Source of the DNA: Callorhinchus milii
Lineage: Eukaryota
Reading direction: 5' to 3'
Assembly: GCF_018977255.1 (NCBI RefSeq)
Contig: NW_024704743.1
Coordinates: forward strand, 78,680,001 to 78,744,000
Length of the DNA stretch: 64,000 nt
Shown here one piece after another: positions 25,431 to 39,274 of this stretch; positions within the stretch are counted from its first letter, which is position 1, and each line of letters starts with the position of its first letter. A model generated the notes under the pieces. It ran no database searches. It worked only from the letters and a program-made list of their open reading frames with translations, and had not been told where the DNA came from. The translations under genes were made by a program, and so were the position numbers.

Positions 25431-28009
25431 ATTCCTATAAAGTTGCCCCCATAGGTTGCACGGTTCTATTTCAAACCGCTATTCCCCGACAAGACTCCCA
25501 ACAACAAGGAATTATCCATGAACTCACCTGTTATTCAAGCCTCCCAGCCTATAATAATAAACCTCCACTATCATTATTTGGTAGTGGAGGCCACAAAAAT
25601 AAAGTTTCTATTACGTTTTGCCATAAGCAACGTCCAAGCTTCTATCTAGATGATGCATTTTGAGCCCGTAGAACCACAATATAAAGTTACTGTATAACTT
25701 TATATCAATAAGTGGTAAATTGGTTCCAATCCAAGAAATGGTAGAGTAACTTTGTAGCAAAGTTTAAAAAAAGTTAAATTAAATTGTCTATATTTAAGGT
25801 AATTAAGGGTTTAGTTTCCAAGTACAATTGATCATCGTGGGTAGTTCAGTGCGTTGGTGTGTGTTAATGCAAAGCTTTCGAGGTCCAGTTTACCAATAAG
25901 GCTTATAACTGTAGACATACCATCATCAACTTTGTTGCTGATCTTATCAGCCACCAGAAGGCAATGCAATTTGTGCACTTACTTACATCACATAATTGGT
26001 AAGTACAGTAAAACTAGCACAAGTATTATCTTCATAAATGGTATAAACGCCAAAGTCATACATGCGAGTCCCACTCAGTTTCCTATCAAAACCACTTTCT
26101 TTGCACTAGTCATATTTTTTAAGAACATCATCTCCTAACTCGTAACACCACTCCCCTATCTTCCATTTACCAGCTGCATTGAGTTGTGGGAAATGCCAGT
26201 TTAGTTGCTGAAAGCAGCAGGTCTCTCGCTGTAAGTATCCTGAACAGGGCAGACATTTTCCCAAACAGCAATACAACGCAAACACAGGATTGCACTTATC
26301 TGCAGGAAATCCCGAATGGGAACTGAAGAAAGCCCTTCTAATACCGTGGTCAACACTGCTCTTATTTATACTAACCTTTCTCTTTTATTCCATTTAAGAA
26401 TTCTGCAAACACCCCAGGAGGGCAGGGGAAACTAATTACAGTGATATAGAACCTTTCACTTGAAAGAAATATCTTGCAGTACTTTACCGATTGAGATTAA
26501 TCAGAAATGAAGTGAATATTATGTAGGCAAAGACTGCAGCTAATTTGGCCCAGAATGACCTTTGTTTGAATTCCTGTACTTTGTCTTTGAAATATTCTTT
26601 TAGCAACAACAAAATTACATTTGTAAAGCACCTTTCACGTTGGGAGGACATCCGAAACTAAGTGAGTTAATTAGTAAAACCGAGCAAACTACGTGAGTTT
26701 GCTCGTTTTTAAACAGATGGAAGGAGAGCAACACAACGACAATGATTAGCAGGGCAGAGAATGGATTCAGACAGGGATGTAGTAACCTAACCCATCAGTC
26801 ATACTTCCAGATAATTGTTCAGATAGTTATTTAAGTGGTTAGACTAATTCAGCACAGACTGGGATTCAAACTGGATTGCAACCTTCTGATCTATAAGTCT
26901 CAGTGCTGCATTAGGTGGCACCTTGACCCACTGAGCAGTTAAGTAAGCTTTCCATAAAACTCTAACCTACTGTGAACAGCACAACCACACAAGCAAACCT
27001 TGTACTATAGCATCAGCTGGAATTTATGCAGAGATTTTAGATACGCAATGAGTGAAGTGAAGCAAAATTTTAAGCTCAAGGTTTTTCTACAAGCTTCAAC
27101 AAACACACGCACTTGCGCGCACACACACACACACACTCAATTTAAATTATCTAACCCACAACTGGGTCGGATCATGCGTGCTTTGTATACAAAGTACTTT
27201 GTGTTATCAGTTGTGTACATGATACGTTTGTACAAGCCAGTCTATGTAAGCAGCAGCAACTGCAAAGGTCAATATTAAAACCAGGATCAATGCAACGTTT
27301 GTATTTGCTGGGTATTTATCACCAAGGTCTCGAAAATAACATTTTGGCGGAGAGATGAACTCTCACAAATTGAGACACCTGAATTGTGAAGACACTTATC
27401 TCAGATTTATGGTGTGTAGTCCCAAACAACTCTTCCTGATGAGACCACAGTCCAACTTATAACAGAAAGCTGCCTGTGTGTACAAGTATTTCAACCTAAA
27501 CCAGACTCATAAACCAAAGTAGAATGATCTGATCATCCTGACAACCGTGATAAATTATGTTACATTTGCCTGAAAGGCAGCCATGTTCATTTAACCACAA
27601 TTATTGGCACATCATCTTCTGCAACCAAGCAGAATGCTCGCAGTCATCTGCGTTCCACATAATCACATCTTGCAAAAATCAACCTTCAGCCTTCATTACA
27701 ATCCCTTCCCCTCCTGTATTTGATGAATAACTACGACCAGACTTGACAAACTGTTCAGCCTCAAAGCGCAGTTTGTGTTATTTGTACTTGATGCACAACA
27801 TAATGTATAATGTAATTCCAGGCACTGGATTTTTAAAAATCACATGGTCCTGTAAAATTATCAATTGCACCATCAGGGACCCAAACTAATGTCTGGCCAC
27901 TCACCAGGGGGAAAACCTCATTTAATTTATTGAATTCTTCTTGCGACACCTAACTTGTTGTGACAAGTTTATTGTGATGTTGTAGTCACATATGAATGAA
28001 TGTACTCAC

Positions 28010-28035
28010 ATAACCTCAAGCATGTACATGGATAA
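28010..28035 (-). CDS. Candidate 26-nt micro-exon (LSMYMLEV-)
   Basis: T-run-AG| ... |GTGAGT, both strong sites. Confidence 0.35.
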
Positions 28036-29611
28036 CTAAAAAAACCCACATTATTTTAGACATAATAATAATCCTTACATTTAGTAAAGCACATTTCACA
28101 TCGAGAGGACGTCACGAAGTGCTTCAAAGTCCCAGGCTGGTTGAATACTTCCAAGTCGACTGCAGGCGGCAAAGGATCTGCAGTGATAACTGCAATATCC
28201 CCTTCCAGTCAAGTTGCCAGCCTTCTGACACTCTGCAGGAGGTGACCAAGTACTACCAACAACAATGAAACGGCACAAGCTCTTGGGAGGAGAGATGAGC
28301 AGATTTTGTCAGGTCATAATGTACAGTATTCGTTCCAATGATTTAATTTCTTAAAAAGGTTAATTCATCATTAACCAAAATTCCTCAATCATCCTAGCAA
28401 TGCACAAGATCTGGCACATGATCTTATCTCCATTGCCCTAATAAATCTTTCATAACCCAGAGCACATTTCTGCGAAATAAGTCGCTGGATTATATTTTGG
28501 GGCAAAAGACATCCTGATGGCTAATATGTCCAGGGTAATCTATTTTAGGAAAATCGATACCCATACTCTGCCATGTTAAAAAGCAAATGATTTGTTCCAT
28601 CGGTCTAGATCTTGCTTAACATTAATTGTTTTCCTTCAAACAAATCAACCCTGTATTACCAGGCCAATACTTAGCTTTCCACAATTTCTAACCTTCAACA
28701 TGTTTGTTTGGAGAAGGAAGAACAGGAAGAAGGGAAGAGTAGCTTTTCTAAATGTGGTCTATTATGATTTGTAATCAAACGCTTAATTACCCATAGCAGT
28801 TCGGTGTGGGTTCTGCAACAAAAAATCGTTCACATATTGTTAAAAACAAATTACACGTCTTAATTCTCCACATCGTATCTGACAGCCTGATCCAGGGCCA
28901 TTACAAATTGTACAGGGTTAACGGTCACTCCCACCTCACCCTCTGTCTGAACATTATCCACTGAGTCTGTAACCGTAGCCCATTAATCCGAATAGATTTT
29001 GTGGCAAACTGTATATAGTTTCCCCCACTTGAGGTTCAAGATGTAAAACAGAATACATACCTGAAATGACATGTACTGGGTATTAATGAAGCCCAACCAT
29101 GGTGCATGTTAAGGAAATGTGGAGAACTCGTATTGTGAAGTTGAGGTGGGCTGACACATGTGGAAACCCATGACTATGCTGGAATATCCACACCAGACAG
29201 AGTTCTAGATACTAAGAAATTTCCCATTTGTCTGGAATGGAAGGTACACTCTCCCCAAAGGGACACATCCTGCTGGAAAGTATTAGGGAAATATTGGCAG
29301 GTGCCAAGGCTTAGGGATTCCAAAATGTGTATTTGGGTCCTCCTGGAGTTCAATCAATTAAAACTCCATAGCTCACCATTCCAAACATTTTTCGCCTAGT
29401 TTTGTCCAGGAATTTCTGATAAGTGAAATTACAATGCTGTCTGGGCTTTACCGGCTTTTATCGTTGCCGGCTTTCTTCAGCGCTGATAAATGCCGTTCCG
29501 GCATTGCAATTGCTTGAATCTGAATCCGAAAAGATAGCGATTAAGCTACATTCTGCTCACAGGAATCAAATTTGTGTCAAAAGTTTGATATTCCTGGCCA
29601 CTGAAGGACAG

Positions 29612-30226
29612 TCCACCTCCGACGCATCATCCGTCTCCGCCAATACCTCACTTCAAAAGCTGCTGAAACCCTGGTCCATGCCTTTGTCACCTCTTGGCTG
29701 GACTATTCAAATGCCCTCCTCGCCGGTCTCCCCTCCACTACCATTCACAAAGTCCAGGCCATCCAAAACTCTGCCGCCCGCATTCTTACCCGCACCAAAC
29801 TCCATTCTCCGATTACCCCAGTCCTCGCCAGACTGCACTGGCTGCCTGTCCCAGAGAGGATCGACTTCCAGATCCTCACTCTTCAAATCCCTCCACTCCT
29901 CTGCACCCCCCTACCTCTCTGGCCTCTTCTCTCCTGACAACAGTGCCCGTTGCCTTCGCTCCACCGGGTCTGGCCTCCTCGTCCCCTGAATCCTCCGCTC
30001 CACCATCGACGGCCGTGCCTTCAGCCACTACGCCCCGAGGCTCTGGAACTCCCTTCCTCACTCCCTTCGTCTCGCCCCCTCGCTTCGTATTTTCAGGTCT
30101 TGGCTGAAGACCTTTCTTTTCGACCGCGCCTTTGGTCACCTTCCTCCCCCTCCCCCTGGCTCGGCCCCTCTGAGATGCCGTCCGGCATGGAGGGCGTTAT
30201 GTAAATCCAAGTTGTTGTTGTTGTTG
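29612..30226 (+). mobile_element. 5'-truncated L2 LINE (tail type 2)
   Basis: L2 C-terminal coding sequence; tail CTGAGATGCCGTCCGGCATGGAGGGCGTTATGTAAATCCAAG(TTG)n. Confidence 0.9.
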
Positions 30227-31169
30227 GCAGTAGGATTCTACATGCGTGTGGATCTGACTACGTCCGAATTGCAGCACATTCCTTGCAAGTGATACTGCAG
30301 CATTGGAGAAGCTAGTACAATAGTTATTTGTGAAGTGAATTAAATATCTTGTAACAGAAGACAATTAATTCAAAGTTCCTGTACAACATTTATGTTTAAC
30401 TCACAAAAGCATACCATTTAGGTTGTAGTAGGTGGGGGAGAGCGAGAGAAGAATTAAGTGAAGTGAGGAAGGAAGGAAATGATTTGGGGAATAAACAGGA
30501 GAGAACAAAAGCCCAGAGCAAACCAGGAAATGGTATCCTGCAGTTCATGACGAAGACAATAGCTTCTAATTCAAAAAACACAGAGGGTGCTGAAGCATTC
30601 AGCAAATCATACTGCAATACACCATTTAAAAACAAAAGTCTTGTTTTCAAAAAGGAGCCAAGCACATTGCTTAAATATTACAGATGAAATAAGATGTATT
30701 TTGGGATTTTTTAAAAAAAATTTGGAGCTCCAATTTATACGTGCTTATCTCTGAAGGCACGTGCTTCATCGGTGTCTAGCAACCACCCGTTTCTCCCGTA
30801 AGTAGGTCATGCATTTACACAAAGTCGATGCCTACAGGGTAGAATATACAATAAGATACAAATTGATGTTGAAAACATTGGTTTGAAAACCTTCCCCTCT
30901 GTCCTGGCACGGAATGTAGTGTGGGCACATTACATGTGAAAAGCACATCCATTTGTCAAAGGAAAAGAGTTTAACAACCGTGTTCATTAGCTGCTATTCT
31001 GCTTCACACAAACAATCCCTCATACCAAAGATTGGAATTGGGTCAGATATTTCTATGGCACAGAACCTGAAACCCAAATTGAATGTAATATTTTAATAAC
31101 CAGTCCAATTAATAAGGTACAGAAGACTTTTTAAAGACAGTGTTCGTTTTTTTTCTTATTATTTCGAGT

Positions 31170-31310
31170 GCCAAACACTCCCATTGTTTGTCGTGTTTCA
31201 CCCACAAAATACAATCAATCCACTTTACAATATATTCTGTGAAGCGCTTTGAGACGTCTCAACAACGTGAGAAGCTGCGATATCAAATGCTAGGATTACT
31301 ATTATTATTG
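31170..31310 (+). mobile_element. SINE 3' fragment
   Basis: CCCACAAAATACAATCAATCCACTTTACAATATATTCTGTGAAGCGCTTTGAGACGTC...(ATT)n. Confidence 0.75.
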
Positions 31311-33029
31311 CTTATACCAGTGTAAACCATGCAATGACATTTTCAATAATTCCTTTAAATTGTTCAATCAATACACCAATGCAACGTTGGTAAATGTTTG
31401 ATAAAATTTTGCTTGCCACCACTTTCAAACCGTGCATAATAAGGTTTCCTTCCTAATTGAAGTAGGGAAAAAGGAATCAGCCCCTTCATTATCTCTGGTT
31501 AATAAAATGCCTTTACATGAAGACTTCAAATGCTCATTAACATATTTCAATTTACACGATTCCCACATTCGACTTTCATCTGAATAGGAAATTAGAGTTC
31601 AAAGAACTCTTATGTAGCTGAATCTTTTCTAATCCTTTTCCTTGATTACTGCTTCGGGGCAGTCCGATTCTCCAGAAATTACACCGGCAACTTCAGCAAA
31701 TCACGAATATTCATGAATAGAAATTGTGGTTCCGCTCCAATTGCTATACACAAACAAAAGTGTTTTCTGATGAAGATTAGGCGATTTAGGCCAGTCATTT
31801 AATGTTACAATTGGCTAATGGCTGGTAAAGCTTGGGTAGTTGTCATTACCTTCTCTTTGACAGCTGTTTGTTTACTAACAGCACGTGACAGCCTCAAAAT
31901 TAAAAATGCAATGTCATGCACTTCTTTCTAATCCTCATTAGATACTAGATAGGAATGCACTAGATGCCATCCGTCGCAAAGAATTCAAATGTGATACCTT
32001 TTGGTGAACTATATTTGTTCCGAAATGGAATAAAGACATTTAGCCCTTGATCTAGATATCAAATGGAGTCCAGATTCTTTAATATCTAAATATAACTTGA
32101 AATGCAGACAACTCCGATCTCTAGCCAAACACAATGAAGGTTTGTATATGCCAGCTCACTTGTGCCCTGCTGTCCTTGTCGTTTTTGCTTCTGGGGCAGA
32201 GATAAAGGTCCATCCCCTGAGTCAGTGATTAATCACATCTGGACCCAACAGTGCCAACTCATTTATGTTGCAGCAACACTGCTTAAGGCAGAGCTGACAA
32301 ACCGATGCTAATGCAAAACTTGCATTTGGTAGCAACGCTATAATGTAGACAAATAAAATACACTCCTGATAACTCGACCCAGACTTGACTTTGTCACTAC
32401 CACTTAAGTCATGACACCTTGTGCCCTGCCCTGTAACAGGATAGGTTGGGAGGCCGGTTGAGAGGCCATGGAGGATATGTGAGCAACCCCCGGGTCATTT
32501 ATTGGAGGCACGATTTGGCGAAGGACATCAGACTCGAGAGGCCCCTGGACAGGCCTTATCCTGTCACAGAGGTCTCCACTCTATTGAAAGACCATGCTGT
32601 GCCTCCTGCCCCACCTCCCACCCTACCCTGTGACAGAAAACGGCGGGAGGCCACAGCATGGCCACCCAAAAGACCAGAGGCCTCTGCAATGCAGCTGAGC
32701 ATGCTCACCCAACCTCTGCCGCGCGCCCACACCTGTCACAGCGCCCCTTGTGGCTTGGGAGGACCTCGGTCTAACTTGCCACTCTGGATAATGCATCACT
32801 GAGCCCTTTACCTTGGGGTGATGAGTTATCCTGAGTTCACTGTGTGTAACTTGGTTTTATTAAAATGTAATAAATGCTTGCATTTGACATAGTACCATAT
32901 CACATCGAGAGACCTCTCAAAGTGTTTCACATGATATACGATAAAGTGGAGTCACTGTATATATTGCAGTCAAGTCAAACAAAACTATTTTGGAAGGAAC
33001 AATTCTGAAAGCTGACGAACACACTTTTG

Positions 33030-33552
33030 AAACGCCAACTCCCTGCTTGTCGGCCTTACCAACTCTTCCCTCTACACACTGAAGATCATCCAGTCCTCTC
33101 CCACAACAGACTCCGTGACCCTATCACCTCCACCCTCTCCGGCTCCATTGGCTCCCCATCCCCCAGAGGATACAGTTCAAAATCCTCATCCTTACCGTGG
33201 CCTTGCCCCTCCCTATCTCTGCGACCTGCTGACTCCATATAAACCTGTCCACTCCCTCCGCTCAGCAGGCTCTGGCCTGCTCCACATCCCCTGCCCGGCC
33301 CGCTCCTCCATCGGCAGCCGGGCCTTCAGCTTTTCTGCCGCCACCCCATGGAACTCTACCCCACATTCCCTTTGCCTCGTCCCTCCCTTTCCTCTTTCAA
33401 GGTGGGTCTTAAAACCCTCTTCTTCGACCGAGCCTTCGGCCAGCCTTCTACTTCCCCTGCCCTCCACACTTTCCGATCCCGAATCCCAGCTCGAATCCAA
33501 ATCCCTGACTGTCCAGCGCCTTGATGTGATATGAAAGGCGCTATACAAATGA
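33030..33552 (+). mobile_element. 5'-truncated L2 LINE
   Basis: LAPPYLCDLLTPYKP...SRAFSFSAATPWNSTP; tail CAGCGCCTTG...GAAAGGCGCTATACAAATG. Confidence 0.85.
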
Positions 33553-33616
33553 ATATGTATTTTATTGAATCCCGTGTTTCTTTTGTCTCTTTCTTACTGT
33601 TTTACTCCTTCCCCTG

Positions 33617-33654
33617 TGACAATCAAACCTTTAGATGACAATCAAACCTTTAGG
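33617..33654 (+). repeat. 19-bp tandem duplication
   Basis: TGACAATCAAACCTTTAG(A/G) x2. Confidence 0.9.
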
Positions 33655-34922
33655 TTTCCTTCCAGTGTAAACCATAATTTGGGGATTCCTCATTCAGATG
33701 ACATGGGATGGAAGGTTAAACAGCATTATCACATTTGATATCCTAAAAGTAATAAGGCATGAAAATAAAATGTATCATTAAAAGTCATTTGAGGATCAAC
33801 TCCACCATCTTCAGCAAAACAAAGAATTGATCCCAATCCATTCTCGTCCACGGCCATTATAGACTTCTCTCGTCTTCCATTTAATAATCGCACCACTGTC
33901 AGCGGCATTATCGTTGCCGCCTTGGATTAAATGCTTTGAAGAAGGGTTTCAAATGATACCTATTGCTGACTAATATAATTAATAGAGTAATTTAAAAAAA
34001 ATTAAGTCCACCAAATAGTTTAAGCCTTAGGAAAGCAATAATGGTAATTCCCATTGTTAAGAGACACTCATGCCTAGCTCCTACATATGACGCACATCTT
34101 CTTAGGTAAAATGCCCAAATATTAAGTTCCAGACAATACAACAGTTTGAGACTCCGCTAATGAGAATTGGATAGTAATGTACACTCTCTAATTCCCTATT
34201 CCACCCTACCCGCCCCCAGCCTGTTCTTTTAGTAATACTATCCCAGTTCTACACAATGAAAAACTTTTTAGTCTATCCATCGAACAATAGAGTTGTATGT
34301 AGGCAATAGGCTCCTTCAATAATGCAGCAGTTTTATTCTGCAGTACCAGAGATGTATTGTTAAAAAAATGGAGTTCATGATTTGGTCTTTAGTTATGTAG
34401 ATTTCTTGGGAATCAGCATCATCCCTTCTCCTTGACAGTAAATATCACTTGTCCACTAGCCAGGAGTCTCCATGCTGACCACCTCAAACGTTTCTCTCAT
34501 GACAGTGAAACATAGTCAAGTGCATTATACAAGGGAGAAGAGAGAGAAAGAGAAAAGCAATGATACATAGTGTTATTCCATTGCAAACTAGGCAAATTAT
34601 AAGCTACAAATTATCGTGCATTGTGGCATGTCACTCCTCAGTTCTCTAACCAAAGTGATAATGAAAAAATGATTCACTCCAGTGTCCCACATTTCCCCCT
34701 TTTGGAAAAGTGAAATTCAAGGAGTTCCAAGGAGCACATGTTGATCGTTTACCAAGTGCTCTGATAAGAATGAGCTCCATCAAAAAAAACACGTGGGATT
34801 GGCAAAGAAAATGATTTAGTTTTCTGCTTTGAAAGAATGGAGCTTGCCCATTGGCTCAGTCTGTGAGTGAGACACCCAGGGCTATGTAGATCATGAAGCT
34901 CCTAGTTGCAATGCTGTGTTTC

Positions 34923-35645
34923 CGGAACCTTGGCATCTTGTTTGACCCTCAACTATCCTTTCTACCCCACATCTGCGCCATGACCCGCTCTGCCTTCCCC
35001 CACCTCCGCAACATCGCCCGGCTCTGCCACTGTCTCACACCGCAGGCTGCCAAAACCCTCATACACGCTTTCATTACACCGAGGCTCAACTATGTAAACT
35101 CATTGCTTGGCGGCCTCCCCATAGGCTGCAGATCAGCCAGAACTCTGCAGCCCGTGTCCTCTCCCGCACCAGATCTGTGACCCTTTCGCCCCCATCCTCG
35201 CCCGACTCCACTGGCTCCCCATCACACAGAGGATACAGTTCAAGATCCTGGTCCTCACCTTCAAAGCCCTCCATGGCCTTGCTTCCCCCTACCTCTGTGA
35301 CCTCTTAACCCCCTACCATCCTGCTCGCTCCCTCTGCTCAGCGGGCTCCAGCCTACTTTAAATCCCCCACCTCGCTCACCCCACCATTGACATGGGGGCC
35401 TTCTGCCACTTTGCCCCCACCCTCTGGAACTCCATCCCGCAGTCCCTCCACCTTGCCCCCTCCCTTGCCTCATCCAAGACCCACCTCAAGACCCTCCTCT
35501 TCAACCGTGCTTTCGATCTCCCTGCTTCACCCCGCCCTTCACCCTCCCTGATCCCGAACCCCAGTTCAGGTCTGAAACATTGTCCAATGCCTTGGGATGT
35601 CTTTCCGACGTGAAAGGCGCTATACAAATGTAATTTTGTTGTTGT
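34923..35645 (+). mobile_element. 5'-truncated L2 LINE (tail type 1)
   Basis: RNLGILFDPQLSFLPHI...AFITPRLNYVNSLL; LWNSIPQSL...HLKTLLF; (TTG)n. Confidence 0.9.
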
Positions 35646-38300
35646 AGCTTATCTCAACCAGAGCAGACCATGGAAGTGTGGCGTGTGTTCCTCGTCCAGC
35701 CATTGCATCTATCAGTCAGTCGCTTCTGGTGTAAAACGGTGAAGAAGTTGCGATTCTGTGGCTGGCGGTGTGAGTACAGTGGTTACACATTCTCCTATTC
35801 AACCTCAAGGAAAAAGTGATTTAATGCTTTCAGCTCAATTCAGACAAACATACCAACATTAGATCTCCTTGTTTGAAATGAATGCTGCAGAAGAGGCACA
35901 ATCAGCCTGGAGCTTATAATCTTGTTACCTCGAGTGTCGAAAATTACTGGCATCACTCCCCAACACCCCCATAAAATGACCACCGAAGTATGTTCACTTC
36001 ATTAACCCCAGAATGCCATTCAATTACTTTCAAACTTCCAAAAACGCTTTCTGTTCAACAGGTTTTATTCCTGGAAGTGTCAGCCTGGCTCAGTTGATAA
36101 CTCTCTTGCCTCAGTGTCAGAAAGTTGCGGATCCAAGTCTCACATTAGGACTCAGTCTAGATACACTCCAAAGTGTAACTGCATTGGTATCCTTTGGATA
36201 AAGAGTTAAACAGGGGCCTTGCCTACCTGTACAGGTGGATGTTAAAAGATCCCTGACTGAAAGATCACACAAGAACCAATTTTATTTAAACAAGTCCTTA
36301 TTCATGCAACAGTGAATGACCTAGATGTCCGAGAAACAAATTAACTCTTGGATTTTACTGCATCATTGCAATTCTAGAGCTGAACCACCATTGATCACCC
36401 ACACTGCTATATATTTGCCACAACAATTGCTTAAAACTATTACTTAAAACCATCTATTGTTACCTGGCAATACTGAAGCCTTCCCGGAAACTGGAGAACT
36501 GACACCACACTGACCTTGAAAACAAGTTACACCCTTGGGAGCAGTCACAGCATTGCCACTGAACCAAACCAGATTTGGGTTGTTAGAAAACTAATGCACA
36601 GAATAAAAACGTCATTTGTTGCTTTTCAACAGTTTAAAACTATACAATTTTCGCCATATTGAAGTAGAAAAAGCACCAGTGTTGAGAAAGGACTTTCTCC
36701 ATGAAACTGCCATCGCACCAACTTGAGCTCCATCGACATAACGGATCCGGGCTGAAACCTCACTGCTTGCCGTGACATACACAGCTTTCTCTGGTTACAC
36801 CTTTTGAGCAGTTTTTCAATCAGGCATGTTACTTTTATGCAGAATAGTTACGCAAGCCAATATATCTAGCTGACTTCCAACATTGTGACTTACAATATTT
36901 GCAACCATTAAATGCTTGAGTAATTATGTTTGATGGATTATAATTGTATGCAGGGGGCGGAGAAAGTAAACTTCAAATCAAGTTTTGATTCTTCAATTAC
37001 CATCGCAATTATGTGGTGTCCGTGCGTCACAAGTCAGCTTTTCTATGGTTTCAAAACAAATCAATCACGAATTTCAATAACCAAGGTAGAAACAATAGAC
37101 CTTGTCAATGAAAGTAAAATACCAAGAAATATTCTTCCTAAATTCAGTATACTCTACTTACCAATTGTATTTTAGCCAACCAACAGTTTTTTGGGGAATG
37201 AAGACCTCAACACGTAACAACACCTCAACTCATAACAAACACCTCAGCAAAATGCTCTATCTAGAAAAAGTCAAAATAGAGAGCAACATCTAACCATTCA
37301 GGGGTACCAGCAATTAGCTCGTAGCTCAACAGAAAAAAAGAGTACTTCTACACACCAGCCAGTACCTATAGATCGGTACATAAGATATAGGAATCATGAG
37401 ATGAGGACTGACCCTAACATAAGCAAGCAACTGAAAGGAAGATGGACATGCATGTGTGGTACTAGAATTTTGACATGAACAGGTCAATGTGGAACTAAAT
37501 TCATTACCTAGAGCTGGAAGGGTGTTAAATCTCTTCTAGGGTCTGCCCAGATCAACAGCCCAGATCAAGAGCCACAGATATTCTGAGATTCATTGCTGTA
37601 ATCCAGGTTAAGTACGTCAAATTCACATGGGCAGATAAAGAGAAACTGTACCACTTCTCCAGAACATCCCTTGACGTGACTGCACAGCTGAATTTTTTTT
37701 GTTATCTATGCTTTCTGCTTGCATCCATATTGGAAAAATTATTTGCTTAATCTAAACTGAAGCAGGACAACAGCTGACAATGGACAAAGCCAAGCAGCTG
37801 CAACAAGACTATTCAGCAAAGGCTGCTGCTGCCTGCCATGCTATACTGGAGCTGTACTGGCATAGCTCCAAAACTGGAGGTTCACAGCAGATATCTTTGT
37901 CCCAAATACATTGCATTCTTGAGGTCGTACCTGTCCTCAGAAATAACAGCATGATCATGGTATAAGAAGCATGATTTAGGTCCAAAGCAAATGTTCTCAA
38001 ATGTTCTAAAAATCTGCCAAGAGGCTGTTGACTGCGGCTGGTTAAGAGTGAATCCGCGCATCAGACTGTGTGTTCAAAGTCTCAGTTTCACCCTCAACCC
38101 CACAGTGAGGCGTTTATGAATTTTCTGATTTAAGAAGCCCCTGAACCACAGACCGGGGGGGAGGGGGGCGGTGGTAAAGGAAAATTGATCTGGTAGAAGG
38201 AAGAAAAAACTCATCTTTGGTCATTCACTTTCTGGCTTTGTGGGACATTTCCATGTGCAAAATGACCAACAGCAACATCTTGTATTTATATATCACCCAT

Positions 38301-38602
38301 ATAATAATAATAATCCTCGCATTTGATAGTGTTTTTCATGTCTTCTGGCCATCTCAAAACGCTTCACAGAATACACTGTAAAGTGAATTATCTGTATTTG
38401 TGGGCAAGCGGGGCAACCAATTGCGCACAGCAGTGTCCCACAAACAGTTGAAGTGACCAATTTATTATTGTTTTTGTTTCTTGAGGGATTATTATCAGGC
38501 GTGTGGAGTAAGGAAACTTGCCCAAGGTTTCGCCCTGCAGGGAATCAAACCCAAATCTCTCACTTGCGAGGCAAGTGGTCTAACCACTGAGCTACAGGAC
38601 CC
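38301..38602 (-). mobile_element. tRNA-derived SINE, short variant
   Basis: Head with A/B boxes, Deu-like body, (ATT)n tail. Confidence 0.87.
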
Positions 38603-39260
38603 CTTCACTTCATGCAAGCAGCATCTCAGAAGGCTTAAACCTCTGCATTTAGATTCATGCACCTACACTAAATCCTGCAAAGAATTTTAAGATATCTTTG
38701 AGAAAGTGAAAGGCTTCATATCAAATTGTTATCGTACAAGCCATGGTTAAGCGCTTCGGGATGCTACTCTGTGTGAGGGGCGCTATATAAATGCAAGTTG
38801 TTGCTTTTGGTATGACAGGGATTGCGGGGAGGGGGTGGAGAGAGAGAGAACTATATACACACACCCACACTAATGACAACTACCGACAGAGTCTCGGAAC
38901 ATAGACTGGGAGGGGTGTGGGAATGATATGGGAAATGGACATATTTATGGCAAGGAGGAAATTTTATTTTTCCGTCAAGTGGCTTTAAATAGTAGGTTTA
39001 AATCATTTCCAGTTTTTGAGGATTTCAAGCTTTGCTAAAGCCAGCAGTAATTTAGCAATGTTTAATAGCCACCCATCAATCAGGATGCTACATGCCACAA
39101 ATATCAAGCCACTGTAACTAACTGACCATCTAACTGCAGAAGCAAATCAGCAGGACAAAGGGCAGACATCCCATCTGTTCTAACCAGCCCCTAAACAGGT
39201 TTGAACATTTAATGTGAATGTGCTTCGGATACGACTCTCCGCTTTGCCGACCCACCACCA

Positions 39261-39274
39261 GCAGCAGAGGGCGA
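39261..39274 (+). promoter_or_regulatory. Possible CTCF site
   Basis: GCAGCAGAGGGCGA vs consensus CCASYAGRKGGCRS; mismatches only at the ends; small GC/CpG island in AT-rich DNA. Confidence 0.25.

Noticed and set aside
32741..32754. Second CTCF-like motif (GCCACAAGGGGCGC on minus)
   Set aside because: One base short of consensus spacing, so the match is weak.
37162..37260. Minus-strand 99-nt exon candidate with strong sites (TTTTTCTAG / GTAAGT)
   Set aside because: Stops in all three frames and an internal ~18-nt repeat. It could only be coding if there is an indel error, so it was excluded from the chain.
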